A DNA stretch of 64,000 nucleotides from Nannocystis bainbridge (GCF_028368995.1 NZ_JAQNDL010000001.1:2336001-2400000); one strand, 5' to 3'. Positions 44,163 to 54,360 are shown, counted from the first letter of the stretch. The notes: generated by a model not told the origin, from the sequence alone. Numbers and translations: made by a program.

Positions 44163-44216
44163 ATGAAGACGAAATCGAAGGTGAAGGCGGGCGGCCTGAA
44201 CGTCAGCGGGCTGTGA
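44163..44216 (+). CDS. 17-aa micro-peptide MKTKSKVKAGGLNVSGL
   Basis: Strong AAGGAGG RBS at 44151-44157, 5 nt before the ATG; isolated in intergenic space. Confidence 0.5.
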   Translation: MKTKSKVKAGGLNVSGL

Positions 44217-44306
44217 GCCGCGCGCGCCACGGCGGCGCAGCGAGGGCCCGACGCGCCGCGCCGGGCCCTTCGTGCGTCCGGGCTCCAGGCCCGGCCAGGG
44301 GCGCCG

Positions 44307-45539
44307 CTAGCACTCGTTCTTGTCGCACGGCTCGACCGGCGCGACCGCGTTGCCGACCCCGATCGCGCACCAGTCGGGCATGCCGGCGGGGACCCCAAAC
44401 TCCTGGTAGGGCGACTCGCCGGGCGCGAGCCAGTACGGGTGGTCGAGGAAGAAGTCCCACAGCGGGGCGAACGCGGTCTCGCCCGGCTGGACCGGGAACG
44501 GCGGCGTCGAGTGGTTGCAGTTGTGGATGCACTCGAGCACGAAGTGACCGCCGGCCTCGAGGTTCTGCTCGAGGTCCTTCGAGGTCTGCTCGAAGTCGAT
44601 GACGATGCAGAAATCGTCGGGGCCGCCCCACAGCACCATCGCCGGCATCTTGCGGGCGGGGGCCGTCCACGGCTTGATGGTGCCGCCGCCTGTCCCTCCG
44701 GACAGGGACATGAACGACGAAAGGACGTCGCCGCGGCCGCCGGCGAGCTGGCTGGTGAACAGGGCGCCGGCGCTGACGCCGGTCGAGGCGACGCAGTCCT
44801 GGTTGACGCTGAACTGCTCGGCCACGCACGACAGCATGTCGTCGAAGAACTGGAACTCGGCCTGGAGGTCGGCGTCGCTGTCGATGACGGTGAACGGCCA
44901 CTTGAAGAGCAGGCCCTCGCGCGCCTCGGGGATGACGGCGATGAAGCGCTTCTCATTGACCGCGTTCTGCACGTCGCCGCGGTCGTAGAAGTCCTGGGCG
45001 TCGCCGCCGAGCCAGTGCCACAGGAAGATCACCGGCAGGCGCTCGTCGGGCGCCGCGTCCTCGGGGGCGATGACGAGGAACTGACGCTCGACGGTGCCTC
45101 CGCCGAGCTGCTGCGGCAGGACGTTGTACGCCTGGCCCTCCATGTAGCCGACCTCGAGCGCGGGACAGGTGCCGCCGTACGCGGCGATATCGGGCGCGAG
45201 GGTGGCGCCGTCGGGCGGGGCGTCGTGGCAGCGCAGGAACTCGCCGCCGCTGCTGCCCATGTCGACCTTGGGAGGCTCGCCTGTGGTGCCGGTCTGTGGC
45301 TCCGAGGTGGTCGGTGGGCCGCTCGTGGTCGTCGTCTCGCCCTCGCTCGCGGTGCCGTCGTCGGTCGCCTGCGTGGTCGGCGTGGTGGTCGGCGCGCCCG
45401 TCGCCGCGGTGCTCGTGCTCGTGGTGGCGTCGGAGGTGCCGGCGCTGGTCGCCTCGGTGTCGCCCACGAGGTCGCCGCAGGCCAGGGTGGCGAGGACAGG
45501 AAGACAGAGGAGCCCACGACGCATGATGCCCGCCATCAT
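44307..45539 (-). CDS. alpha/beta-hydrolase (PHB depolymerase/esterase-like) lipoprotein
   Basis: Lipobox TLAC; PVIFLWHWLGG, STGVSAG nucleophile elbow, WGGPDD and a C-terminal His. Start may be 45524. Confidence 0.78.
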   Translation of the reverse strand: MMAGIMRRGLLCLPVLATLACGDLVGDTEATSAGTSDATTSTSTAATGAPTTTPTTQATDDGTASEGETTTTSGPPTTSEPQTGTTGEPPKVDMGSSGGEFLRCHDAPPDGATLAPDIAAYGGTCPALEVGYMEGQAYNVLPQQLGGGTVERQFLVIAPEDAAPDERLPVIFLWHWLGGDAQDFYDRGDVQNAVNEKRFIAVIPEAREGLLFKWPFTVIDSDADLQAEFQFFDDMLSCVAEQFSVNQDCVASTGVSAGALFTSQLAGGRGDVLSSFMSLSGGTGGGTIKPWTAPARKMPAMVLWGGPDDFCIVIDFEQTSKDLEQNLEAGGHFVLECIHNCNHSTPPFPVQPGETAFAPLWDFFLDHPYWLAPGESPYQEFGVPAGMPDWCAIGVGNAVAPVEPCDKNEC

Positions 45540-45740
45540 CGCATAGCCGGCGGCGCGGCCGCCAAGCCCGCGTTCGCTGATGCGAGGCCAGGCGCGCGAG
45601 TGGGCCGCTCCGTGGCGAGCCGTTCAGGCTTCGATCGCAGCGCTCGCGCGCCGCGTGCAGCCTGAACGCGCGGCTCCGGACGATCGACCCCGCGGATCGT
45701 CACGCGACGCGCGGTGAACGATCGCCCGAAAGCGGTTCGA

Positions 45741-45763
45741 CCCGCCTGTCGTGGACAGGCGGG
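45741..45763. terminator. GC-rich hairpin downstream of the TonB-dependent receptor gene
   Basis: CCCGCCTGTC-GTG-GACAGGCGGG perfect 10-bp stem; U-tract is weak. Confidence 0.45.
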
Positions 45764-45809
45764 CCGAGCTGAAACCTCGCAGCGGAGGTCCGGGTCTCAA
45801 AGTCCGGGA

Positions 45810-48800
45810 CTAGAAGCGGAGGCGGAGCTCGAACTGAGCGCCGATCGGCTGCTGGAACACGGTCTGGACCAGGAAGTTGCCCTGGGGCGGGAGCACGCCG
45901 CGCTGGAAGAAGCTGGTCGGGGCGTTCGGGCTCTGGACCTTGGCGTGCTTGAGGTCGTCGAGGTCGCCGCCGGCGATGGCGCGGCCCTGCGAGTACGAGT
46001 AGGTCTCGTCGACGCGGAGGACGGCCTTGTTGTTGGTGATGTTGACGAGGCGCGCAGAGACCTCGAGCTCGACCTCGCCGGGCAGCGGGTAGGCGTAGCT
46101 GATGCCCACGTTGGCGAAGTAGTTGGGCTCGAGCCGGCCGCCGGCGCCGCGCGGGATGGCGTAGACCAGGAACTGGCCGCTGTAGCGGTTGTTGTCGGCG
46201 AACACGCTGATCGGCGTGCCCGACTGGTAGCGGAAGTTGAGGCCGAGGGTCAGGCGGCCGGCCTTCTTGAGGTCGAACGAGTAGTAGCCGTCGAACTTGA
46301 CCTGGTGCGGCCGGTTGTCCCACAGCGGGCCGTAGCTGTTACGGACCAGCTCGGGGATGTCGTAGGTCGTCGTGGTGCCGAGGTCGATGGCGCCGGTGTT
46401 GCGGTTGACGAAGCCGTCGTAGTTACCGATCAGGCGGCTGTAGATGTAGCTGGCCTGGATGGTCCAGTTCTTGGCGAAGCGCTTGGTGATGTTGAACACC
46501 CACGCGTCGTAGTTGCGGACCGGCTTGTTGAAGAGCGTCCCGACCTTCGTGTACGCGTCGGCGAGGAAGGTGCAGCGGTTGAGCTCGCGGGCGAGCACGT
46601 CGCGCTGCGGGTCGTCGTCAGCGGCCTGGTCGAACTGATCCTGCAGCTTGGTACAGGCGTCCTGCTGGCGCTGGATGTCGGAGGCCGACACCGACTCGCC
46701 GGGGTTGGCGATGATGAAGTTGAGGCCGCCGTTGGTCGACACGTCCTCGACCGCGCGGCCGAGGCTCTCGTGCTGCCACTTGACGCCGACGAGCAGGTCT
46801 TCGATGACCTCCTGCTCGTAGCCGACGACGAACTTCTGCGTGTACATGCCGCGCAGCTTCGGCACGACGGAGCCCGCGGTGAGGCCGGTGGTCGACTGGT
46901 TGAAGTCGGTGCACCACTCGGTCGGGGCGCCGTTGATCGACCGCTCGCGCGACTCGCCGCCGATGAGCACCGGGGTGGAGCAGTCGGACGCGCGGTAGCT
47001 GCGGTTGACGTTGACGAGGCCGCCGAAGGCGCGGTTGTTCAACACGACCGGCAGCTGCTGGTAGAACCAGCCGTACGAGGCGTACAGGCGGCTCTTGCCC
47101 TCGTCCGTCCAGTCGTAGACGAGGCTGACGCGCGGGGCGACGTTGTCGTTGATGAAGATGTTGCGCTTGCCGAACACGTCCTTCATGTCCTGCATCTCCC
47201 AACGCACGCCGGCGTTGAGGTACAGGTTCGACATGATGGACCACTTGTCCTGGACGAACAGCGCGTAGTTCTGGGTGGTCAGCGTCGAGTTGTAGGCCGA
47301 GACGCGGACGCCGGCGCCGATCGGGCTGGCGATCGCGCGCAGGTCCTCTTGCTCATAGCGGACGCGGCCGAAGCCGAGAGTGCGGCGGTTGTCGGGGTTG
47401 TCGGCGTCGACGATGACGAGGCGGTTGTTGTTAACCCGGTTCGGGCTAACCTCGTTGCCGATCATGTAGTTGTTGGTCGACGGGTCGTAGCAGTACTCGC
47501 CGCCGCCGACCGTGCCAGCCGGACAGTTCTGGTAGAAGTCCGAGTCGTTCTGGCCCGAGTAGGCGGTGCCCTGCTTGAGGCGCACGCTGTCGATCTCGGT
47601 GCCGTACTTGAGCTGGTGCGCGCCGGCCCGCTTGCCGCTGAGGAAGTGGGTAAGGGCGACCTGGCCGCCGACGCGGTCGGACACCGACTGCGAGTAGGTG
47701 CCGATACCGCCCGACAGCCACACGCGCGTCGGACAGGTGAGACCCGGCAGGTTGGCGTTGTTACACGCCTCGTCGACGCCCTGGACCAGGCGCACGGCGC
47801 CATCGCGGTCGAGCAGGTCGTAGAGGTTGCGACCCTGACTGTCGGTCTCCTGCGTCAGCGGGGTGTTCCGCTGGATCTCGTTGTCGAGCTTCCACGCCTG
47901 CTTCTGCGAGAAGCGCGAGTAGTAGACGCCGGCGTCGATCTCGATCTTGTCGTTGGCGACGCGGCCCTCGTAGTCGAGGCCGACCTGGGTCTGGTTGCCG
48001 AGGTCGCTGCCGAAGCTGTTGTTGACGACGCCCGAGCCGACGCGCGAGGCGCCGCCGATGGTCGCGTTCGGGTTGGTGCCGAACGAGTTGGGCTCGGAGC
48101 CCGGGGGCTGGCGATAGCTGCGCCGCTGGGTGCCCGGGCCGCCGCCGCCCGACAGGCGCAGGCGGTGCTTGGGGTTGATCTGCCAGTCGATCGCGACCGT
48201 CCACCCCATGTTGAAGCGGCCGGTCTTGAACCGCTGCTCGGCGAACTTGACCGAGTCGATGTAGTTGCCGTTGGCCGCGCAGTCGTTGGTGCCGTTCTCG
48301 TAGGCACACTCCTCGTAGCCGCCCGAGCGGTCCTTGTCGCGGCGCTTGTAGAACGACTGGATCAGGGAGTTGTTGGTGCCGCCCGGCGCGACGCCGACGG
48401 CGAAGAACAACTTGTCCTTGATGATCGGACCGGACAGGGTGACGACGCCCTGGCCCTCGTAGTTGTTGATCTCGGCCACGCGCAGCGACTCGTCCGTCGC
48501 GCTGATGAAGCGCGGCAGGGCGATGCGCGGGGTCATGCGGAACAGCACCTGACCGCGAATCTTGTTGCTGCCGCCGATGCGGCGCGCCTTGACGAGGCCG
48601 CCAGAGGCGCCGCCGCTCTCGGCGTCGTACACGCCCTCGACGATCTCGACCTCGTCGATGAACTCCTGGACGATCGTCGCGCCGACGGTGCCGAACGCCG
48701 GGCTGGTGGCGTTCTGGCCGTCGACGACGTACTTGCTCTCGGCGCCCGTCGTGCCGCCGAGGCGGATGCCGGCGGCGTCGCGGCTGGCGGTCGGCGACAT

Positions 48801-49295
48801 GTCGACCACGGCCGTGAAGTCGCGGCTCGCCCCGCCGACCGGGATGTTGCGCGCCTGCTCCATCTTCACCTTGGTGACCTGGGCGGCGTCGTTGCGCGTC
48901 TTGGTCTGAACCTCGATGTCGACGCGGAACTTGAGCTTCGGATCGATCTGGAAGTTGGCGCGCATCTTGGCGCCGGGCAGGACGTCCATCGTCTTGTTGA
49001 CGTTGGCGTCCTGATACAGCACCTGCACCGTGTACTTGCCCTGCGGCAAGTTGCGGAAGGTGTAGAGGCCGTCCGCGTTGGTCATCACCTCGCGCGCGCC
49101 CTGGAGGCACGTACACTGAATGATGACGAGGGCGCCCGAGATCTTCTGACCGGAGTTTTGGTCAGTGACGACGCCGCTGATCGTGACGTCGGAGGCAGCC
49201 AGCGCGAGGTTAGGGGCCATCGCCGCGACCGCTGGCGGAATGACGACCAGCGGCAAGGACAACGAGTACTTGAGCAGAGAGCGGCTTGTCTTCAC
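45810..49295 (-). CDS. TonB-dependent receptor (Oar-like) with N-terminal carboxypeptidase-regulatory-like domain
   Basis: AAGGAG RBS plus GTG 49295; signal peptide; TNADGLYTFRNLPQGKYTV; plug ESKYVVDG; LFVQDKW...LNAGVRWE; C-terminal Phe (ELRLRF). Confidence 0.9.
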   Translation of the reverse strand: MKTSRSLLKYSLSLPLVVIPPAVAAMAPNLALAASDVTISGVVTDQNSGQKISGALVIIQCTCLQGAREVMTNADGLYTFRNLPQGKYTVQVLYQDANVNKTMDVLPGAKMRANFQIDPKLKFRVDIEVQTKTRNDAAQVTKVKMEQARNIPVGGASRDFTAVVDMSPTASRDAAGIRLGGTTGAESKYVVDGQNATSPAFGTVGATIVQEFIDEVEIVEGVYDAESGGASGGLVKARRIGGSNKIRGQVLFRMTPRIALPRFISATDESLRVAEINNYEGQGVVTLSGPIIKDKLFFAVGVAPGGTNNSLIQSFYKRRDKDRSGGYEECAYENGTNDCAANGNYIDSVKFAEQRFKTGRFNMGWTVAIDWQINPKHRLRLSGGGGPGTQRRSYRQPPGSEPNSFGTNPNATIGGASRVGSGVVNNSFGSDLGNQTQVGLDYEGRVANDKIEIDAGVYYSRFSQKQAWKLDNEIQRNTPLTQETDSQGRNLYDLLDRDGAVRLVQGVDEACNNANLPGLTCPTRVWLSGGIGTYSQSVSDRVGGQVALTHFLSGKRAGAHQLKYGTEIDSVRLKQGTAYSGQNDSDFYQNCPAGTVGGGEYCYDPSTNNYMIGNEVSPNRVNNNRLVIVDADNPDNRRTLGFGRVRYEQEDLRAIASPIGAGVRVSAYNSTLTTQNYALFVQDKWSIMSNLYLNAGVRWEMQDMKDVFGKRNIFINDNVAPRVSLVYDWTDEGKSRLYASYGWFYQQLPVVLNNRAFGGLVNVNRSYRASDCSTPVLIGGESRERSINGAPTEWCTDFNQSTTGLTAGSVVPKLRGMYTQKFVVGYEQEVIEDLLVGVKWQHESLGRAVEDVSTNGGLNFIIANPGESVSASDIQRQQDACTKLQDQFDQAADDDPQRDVLARELNRCTFLADAYTKVGTLFNKPVRNYDAWVFNITKRFAKNWTIQASYIYSRLIGNYDGFVNRNTGAIDLGTTTTYDIPELVRNSYGPLWDNRPHQVKFDGYYSFDLKKAGRLTLGLNFRYQSGTPISVFADNNRYSGQFLVYAIPRGAGGRLEPNYFANVGISYAYPLPGEVELEVSARLVNITNNKAVLRVDETYSYSQGRAIAGGDLDDLKHAKVQSPNAPTSFFQRGVLPPQGNFLVQTVFQQPIGAQFELRLRF

Positions 49296-49507
49296 AGGAG
49301 GGTGCTCCTTGCGGTCACGGCGAGCGCCTCGGGCATCGGCTTGGATACCAGCGGGGGGTATATCACAACGAAAGCAACACTGAATACGGGAATCTTGCCT
49401 TGAGTCCCGCCCCCCCGGGGCCGGACGGCGATCAGACTTCCCCCCCGCTGCCGCGAAAACCGCGGGCGTACGCGAAGGCGTAGCGCGGCCCGACCACGCG
49501 AGGTCCG

Positions 49508-50374
49508 TCAGAGGTCCACGAGCTCGACGTCCTCGGGCGCGATCGCCTCGCCGAGGAACACCGCACCGACCCGCGCGAACCGGGCCGGAGCATCCGTAGC
49601 GAGGAAGCGGACGCCCGCCTGCCCTGCCCCGCCCTGCCCGCGGGTCCGGGGGCCGGCGCGCAGGTCCGATCGCAGGAGGCAGTCCACCACGACCTCGGCG
49701 GTCGTCTCGGCCGAATCGACCAACCTTACGCGCGGGCCGACGGCGGTGGCGATCGCCTGGCGCAGGACCGGGAAGTGGGTGCAGCCGAGGACGAGGCAGT
49801 CGAGCGCCGGTCGCTCGCCGACCACGCCGGCGAGGTAGCGCTGCGCGACCGCCTCGGCGACAGGCCCGCTGACCCAACCTTCCTCGGCGAGCGCGACGAA
49901 CAGCTGGCACGCGATCGACTCGACCTCGGCGGCCGGACGCGCGGCCCGGATGGCCCGCTCGTAGGCGCCGCCGCGGACGGTGCCCTCGGTGGCGATGACG
50001 CCGATCTGCCCGCTGACCGAGGCCGCGCAGGCGGCCGCGGCCCCCGGCTCGATGACGCCGATCACCGGCAACGGGGCGAACACCGCCGCGAGGTGGCCGA
50101 GCGCGACCGAAGAAGCGGTGTTGCAGGCGACGACCAGCAGCTTGATCCCGCGGCCGACCAGGACCCGCGCGGCCTGCTCGGCGTAGCGCGTGACGGTCTC
50201 GCCGCTCTTGGTCCCGTACGGCAGCCGGGCCGTGTCGCCGAGATAGATGAATCGCTCGTCTGGTAACGCGGCCCGCAGCGACCGCAGCACCGTGAGTCCA
50301 CCGACGCCGGAGTCGAACACGCCGATCGGTAGATCGGCCACGGTCGCTTCGGCCTCGCCTCGCGACCCGGTCAC
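49508..50374 (-). CDS. murI: glutamate racemase
   Basis: IGVFDSGVGGLTV, DTARLPYG, VACNTAS and LGCTHFP. Confidence 0.96.
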   Translation of the reverse strand: MTGSRGEAEATVADLPIGVFDSGVGGLTVLRSLRAALPDERFIYLGDTARLPYGTKSGETVTRYAEQAARVLVGRGIKLLVVACNTASSVALGHLAAVFAPLPVIGVIEPGAAAACAASVSGQIGVIATEGTVRGGAYERAIRAARPAAEVESIACQLFVALAEEGWVSGPVAEAVAQRYLAGVVGERPALDCLVLGCTHFPVLRQAIATAVGPRVRLVDSAETTAEVVVDCLLRSDLRAGPRTRGQGGAGQAGVRFLATDAPARFARVGAVFLGEAIAPEDVELVDL

Positions 50375-50375
50375 G

Positions 50376-51521
50376 CTAGCCTCGAGCGAGGATGTTCTTG
50401 GCGATCACCATGCGCTGGACCTGCGAGGTGCCCTCGTAGATCTGCATGAGCTTGGCGTCGCGGTAGATCTTCTCGACCGGGTACTCGCGGGTGTAGCCGT
50501 AGCCGCCGAACACCTGCACGGCGTCCGAGGCGCACTTCACGACGTTGTCGGCCCCGATGCACTTGGCGATCGCGCTGGTGTTGGTGCGACGGATGCCCTT
50601 GTCGACCTCCCACGCCGCCTTGTTGTAGAGGAGGCGAGTGGTCTCGTAGGCCATCGCCATCTCGGCGATCATGAACTGGATCGCCTGGTGCTCGGAGATC
50701 GGCTTGCCGAAGGTCTTGCGCTCCTTGGCGTAGCGGGCCGACTCGTCGAGGCAGCGGCGGATCATGCCGGCGCACTGCGAGCCGATCATCGGCCGCGAGC
50801 GATCGAACACTTCCATGGCGACGTAGAAGCCCTTGCCGGGCTCGCCGAGGATGTCGGCGTCGGTCAGCGGGACGTCTTCGAAGATGACGTCGCAGGTCTC
50901 GGAGGCGCGCTGGCCGAGCTTCTTCTCTTTCTTGCCGATGCTGATGCCGGGCCGGTCGTTGTCGACGACGAAGGCCGTGATGCCGCGGTGGCCGAGCGCC
51001 GGGTCGAGGGTGGCGAAGCCGGTGAAGATGCTGGCGTGGCCGGCGTTGGTGATCCACCGCTTCTGCCCGCTGAGGCGCCAGCCGTTGCCGTCGCGCACGA
51101 GGCGGGTCTTCATCGCGGCGACGTCGGAGCCGGCCTCGGGCTCGCTGCAGGCGTAGCTGATGAAGATGAACTCCTCGGTCAGCCGGCGCAGGTGCTTCTG
51201 CTTCTGCTCCTCGGTGCCGGCGACCAGCAGCGGCAGCGCGCCGAGGTGGTTGCACATCACGCTGGTGGCGATCGCGGCGCAGCCGTAGGCGAGCTCCTCG
51301 GAGACGATGCAGCCGTCGAGGGTGTGGTAGCCGAGGCCGCCGTAGGCCTCGGGGATCTCGATGTTCATCAGGCCGAGGTCGAACGCGGCCTTGAACACGT
51401 CGACGGGGAACTTCTCGGCCTCGTCGTAATCGTGCGCGACCGGGATGATCGATTCGCGCGTGAATTTGCGCGCGGTCTGAATGAGGGCGTTCTGCTCGTC
51501 GGTGTACGTCGGGTCGAACAC
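50376..51521 (-). CDS. acyl-CoA dehydrogenase
   Basis: SEPEAGSD, GQKRWITN, KLGQRAS, RKTFGKPI, QVFGGYGY...IYEGTSQVQR. Start GTG 51521 or ATG 51539. Confidence 0.94.
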   Translation of the reverse strand: MFDPTYTDEQNALIQTARKFTRESIIPVAHDYDEAEKFPVDVFKAAFDLGLMNIEIPEAYGGLGYHTLDGCIVSEELAYGCAAIATSVMCNHLGALPLLVAGTEEQKQKHLRRLTEEFIFISYACSEPEAGSDVAAMKTRLVRDGNGWRLSGQKRWITNAGHASIFTGFATLDPALGHRGITAFVVDNDRPGISIGKKEKKLGQRASETCDVIFEDVPLTDADILGEPGKGFYVAMEVFDRSRPMIGSQCAGMIRRCLDESARYAKERKTFGKPISEHQAIQFMIAEMAMAYETTRLLYNKAAWEVDKGIRRTNTSAIAKCIGADNVVKCASDAVQVFGGYGYTREYPVEKIYRDAKLMQIYEGTSQVQRMVIAKNILARG

Positions 51522-51583
51522 GGCGACCCCGCATACCATGGCCGCCGGACCAGCGCCAGCATCCGAGCCGGCCCACGCCCGCG

Positions 51584-51775
51584 TCACGGGCGGGCGTCAG
51601 GACCGTGCTGCGGCTCGTGAGTCGGCTCCGACCTGGCCCTTCGGGCAGCCGCGCGTCGGGCCACGAGCTCGCGGTCGGCGGCGCTGCTGGCGACCGCTCG
51701 ACCGCCGAGGATGTAGCCGATCAAGATCCCCAGCAAGAACACGCCCGGGATGTACAGGAAGTGCCCGAGCGTCAC
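51584..51775 (-). CDS. small single-pass membrane protein at the end of the ccm cluster
   Basis: GTG overlaps the upstream stop; HFLYIPGVFLLGILIGYILGGR TM segment followed by a basic tail. Confidence 0.6.
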   Translation of the reverse strand: MTLGHFLYIPGVFLLGILIGYILGGRAVASSAADRELVARRAAARRARSEPTHEPQHGPDARP

Positions 51776-52092
51776 GCGCCCGGTCCTCCGCGGGCCGCCG
51801 GTCGATCCAGCTCGCGTCGCAGGGCGTCGACGTCGGCGCGCAGCCGCGCCGAGCGGCGCCACAAGAACAGGCCGTAGGCGGCGAACAGCGCCCACAGGAT
51901 GCCGTAGGCCCAGACGATGTGCTGGTAGTCGCTGGCGGTCTTGGCCGCGGCCTTGTCCTCGAGGCTGGCGAGGATCTCCTTCTCCTCGCGGCTGGTGCCG
52001 ACGGCGGGCTCGTAGTCACCGTTATCGGCCGGCGCGGGCGCAGCTTCGAAGGCGAGGCCGGTGATCAGGACGGGCAGAGCGATCGGTGTCAT
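51772..52092 (-). CDS. ccmD: CcmD-like heme exporter protein D
   Basis: AYGILWALFAAYGLFLWRR TM plus coiled charged tail, immediately after ccmC. Confidence 0.65.
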   Translation of the reverse strand: MTPIALPVLITGLAFEAAPAPADNGDYEPAVGTSREEKEILASLEDKAAAKTASDYQHIVWAYGILWALFAAYGLFLWRRSARLRADVDALRRELDRPAARGGPGA

Positions 52093-52769
52093 GCGCGAGA
52101 GTCCTCCAGGCGGACGTAGGCCTCGTCGAGCTCGCCGACGAGGACGAGCTGACGGGCGCGGATGGCGAACAGGCCGAAGCTGACCAGCAGCAGCGCGGAC
52201 AGGCCGGGCCAGAAGGTGGCCCACATCTCCGGCGGCAGCTTGGCGACCACGCCGGTGGTCGGGTGCGTGGTCTTCCACAGCTTGACCGCGTAGTAGATGA
52301 GCGGGACGTTGACGGCGCCGAAGATCGCCAGCGCCGCGGCCAGCCGCTCCGACGCGTGCTGGCCGAAGTGACGCAGCAGCAAGTAGGCGGCGATCACCAG
52401 CCAGAGCAGCGCGGTGGTGACCTGGCGGGCGTCGCCGGTCCACGGGGTGCCCCAGGTGGCGTGACCCCAGATCGGGCCGGTCAGCAGGACGCCGAGGCCG
52501 CCAAGGAACCCGATCTCCGCGGCCGCGAGGGCGACCGCGCCGGCCGTGCGCGAGCGCCGACGCAGCTGCACGCCCGCGGCCACGCCCGAGATGACGGCCA
52601 TGAGCATGCACAGCCAGCCCATCGGCACGTGGAAGAAGAAGATCTTGAAGGCGGTGCCCATGGTCCGCTCGTTGGGCGTCTGCAGGAACACCCGCTGCAC
52701 GCTGTAGACCACCAGCGGCGCGGCGGCGAGGAACAGCAAGGGGACCACGAGCTCGGACTTTCGCTTCAT
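52089..52769 (-). CDS. ccmC: heme exporter protein C
   Basis: IFFFHVP, TGPIWGHATWGTPWTGDAR (WWD-like domain) and LWKTTHP. Confidence 0.9.
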   Translation of the reverse strand: MKRKSELVVPLLFLAAAPLVVYSVQRVFLQTPNERTMGTAFKIFFFHVPMGWLCMLMAVISGVAAGVQLRRRSRTAGAVALAAAEIGFLGGLGVLLTGPIWGHATWGTPWTGDARQVTTALLWLVIAAYLLLRHFGQHASERLAAALAIFGAVNVPLIYYAVKLWKTTHPTTGVVAKLPPEMWATFWPGLSALLLVSFGLFAIRARQLVLVGELDEAYVRLEDSRA

Positions 52770-53605
52770 CGGGGCTCCTCTCGGCCGGCGGCGCGCAGGC
52801 TTTGGCGCGCGTGCTGCCGCGCGGCCTGGGCCGTGCGGGCCGGCGCGGCCCCCACGAGCACCGGCTCGAACAGCAGCGCGCCGAGGCCGAGCAAGATGAC
52901 GTCGAGCGCGGCCATCTGGCCGAGGTAGCTCGGGAGGTTGGGATTCTTGTCGAGCAGCGCGCGGGTGGTCACCAGCGCGAACATCAACACCGGGGTGGTG
53001 ACCGGGTAGAGGATCACCGCGAGCAGCATGTTCTTGCCGCCGCCGCCGGCCAGCCCGGCGGCGAACAGGGTGCCGATGGCGACGTAGCCGAGGCAGCCGA
53101 GGACCACGAGCGCGACTGTCTCGAGGGGCATGTCCCAAAAGACCTGTCCCGCGGGGAACATCGAGGCCAGCCCGGGCACCAGCAGGGCGCAGCAGACCAG
53201 CAGCACCAGCAGGGTCGAGCCGGCCTTGGCGACGTAGATCGCCAGGCGCTCGACCGGCGCGGCCAGCAGCGCCCGCAGGGTGTCGGCCTCGCGCTCGCGA
53301 TCAAAGGCGCGGGTCAAGGTGATGGTGCCGACGAACGCGACCGTGAGCCACAGCAGGCCCGGAACCGCGGGCAAGGTGTGCTTCTTCTCGAGCGCCGCGA
53401 ACGACAGGTAGAACATGCCGAGCACGACCAGGGTGAAGAAGGTCGAGGTCAGGACCAGCTCGAGGTCGCGCAGCTCTTGCCGCAGCTCGCTGCGGAGGAG
53501 GAGCAGGCTCTGGCGGAGCAGACGCACCGGCGCCAGGTGTAGCACAGGGTCGGCGCGCGGCGGAACCGGCCGATGCGAAGCCTGCGGCCAGCCGCCGCGG
53601 CTCAC
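52766..53605 (-). CDS. ccmB: heme exporter protein B
   Basis: PGLLW, RAFDREREADTLRALL and LLAVILYPV; located between ccmA and ccmC. Start uncertain (about 53544-53605). Confidence 0.87.
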   Translation of the reverse strand: MSRGGWPQASHRPVPPRADPVLHLAPVRLLRQSLLLLRSELRQELRDLELVLTSTFFTLVVLGMFYLSFAALEKKHTLPAVPGLLWLTVAFVGTITLTRAFDREREADTLRALLAAPVERLAIYVAKAGSTLLVLLVCCALLVPGLASMFPAGQVFWDMPLETVALVVLGCLGYVAIGTLFAAGLAGGGGKNMLLAVILYPVTTPVLMFALVTTRALLDKNPNLPSYLGQMAALDVILLGLGALLFEPVLVGAAPARTAQAARQHARQSLRAAGREEPR

Positions 53606-54360
53606 GCGGCGGCGTGATCGTCGGGGCCGACGGCGGCGAGGACCTCACTCGCGCGGGCGGCGAAGGCGGCCGGGTCGTCGCCGCCGCGCTCGACCTCGCG
53701 GACGATCACCCCGGCCTCGAGCAGCACCAGGCGATCGCACACGCGCAGCAGCGTGCCCTGGTCGTGGGAGCTGAGCAGGATCGCCGTTCCGCGGTCGCGC
53801 TCGGCCAGCAGCGCCCCCGCCAATTGCGAGCGCCCGCGGGCGTCGAGCGCCGTGAACGGCTCGTCGAGCAGCAGCAGCTCCGGATCACCGGCGACGGCCC
53901 GGGCCAGCGCGACCCGCTGGGCCATGCCGCGCGAGAAGGTCGAGACCGGGCGATCGAGGGCGTCGGCCGGCAGCCCCAGGTCGCGGAGGACGGCGTCGGC
54001 TGGCCGCGAGGACAGGCCGGCCGCGTGCCGCAATTCGGCGAACAGCTCGAGGTTGGCGCGCGCGCCGAGGCCGGGATAAAGCTGCGGCGCGTGGGCGACG
54101 TAGGCCAGGCGGGCGCGCAGCTCGAGGTCGATGTCGCCGACCACGCGCCCGCCGAATTGCCGCTCACCGCCGTCGGGCTGCAGGAGGCCGGCGAGGATCA
54201 AGAACAGCGTGGTCTTGCCGGCCCCGTTGGCGCCGACGAGGCCGGTGATGGTGCGAGGGCGCAGCTCGAGGTCGACGCTGCGCAGGACGACCTTGCGGCC
54301 GAACCGCTGGGAGATCGATCTCAGGACGATCGGGGTGATCGGCTCGCGGGGGCCGCTCAT
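53602..54360 (-). CDS. ccmA: heme ABC exporter ATP-binding protein
   Basis: GANGAGKTT Walker A, FSRGMAQR signature and LLLLDEPFTALD. Confidence 0.88.
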   Translation of the reverse strand: MSGPREPITPIVLRSISQRFGRKVVLRSVDLELRPRTITGLVGANGAGKTTLFLILAGLLQPDGGERQFGGRVVGDIDLELRARLAYVAHAPQLYPGLGARANLELFAELRHAAGLSSRPADAVLRDLGLPADALDRPVSTFSRGMAQRVALARAVAGDPELLLLDEPFTALDARGRSQLAGALLAERDRGTAILLSSHDQGTLLRVCDRLVLLEAGVIVREVERGGDDPAAFAARASEVLAAVGPDDHAAA

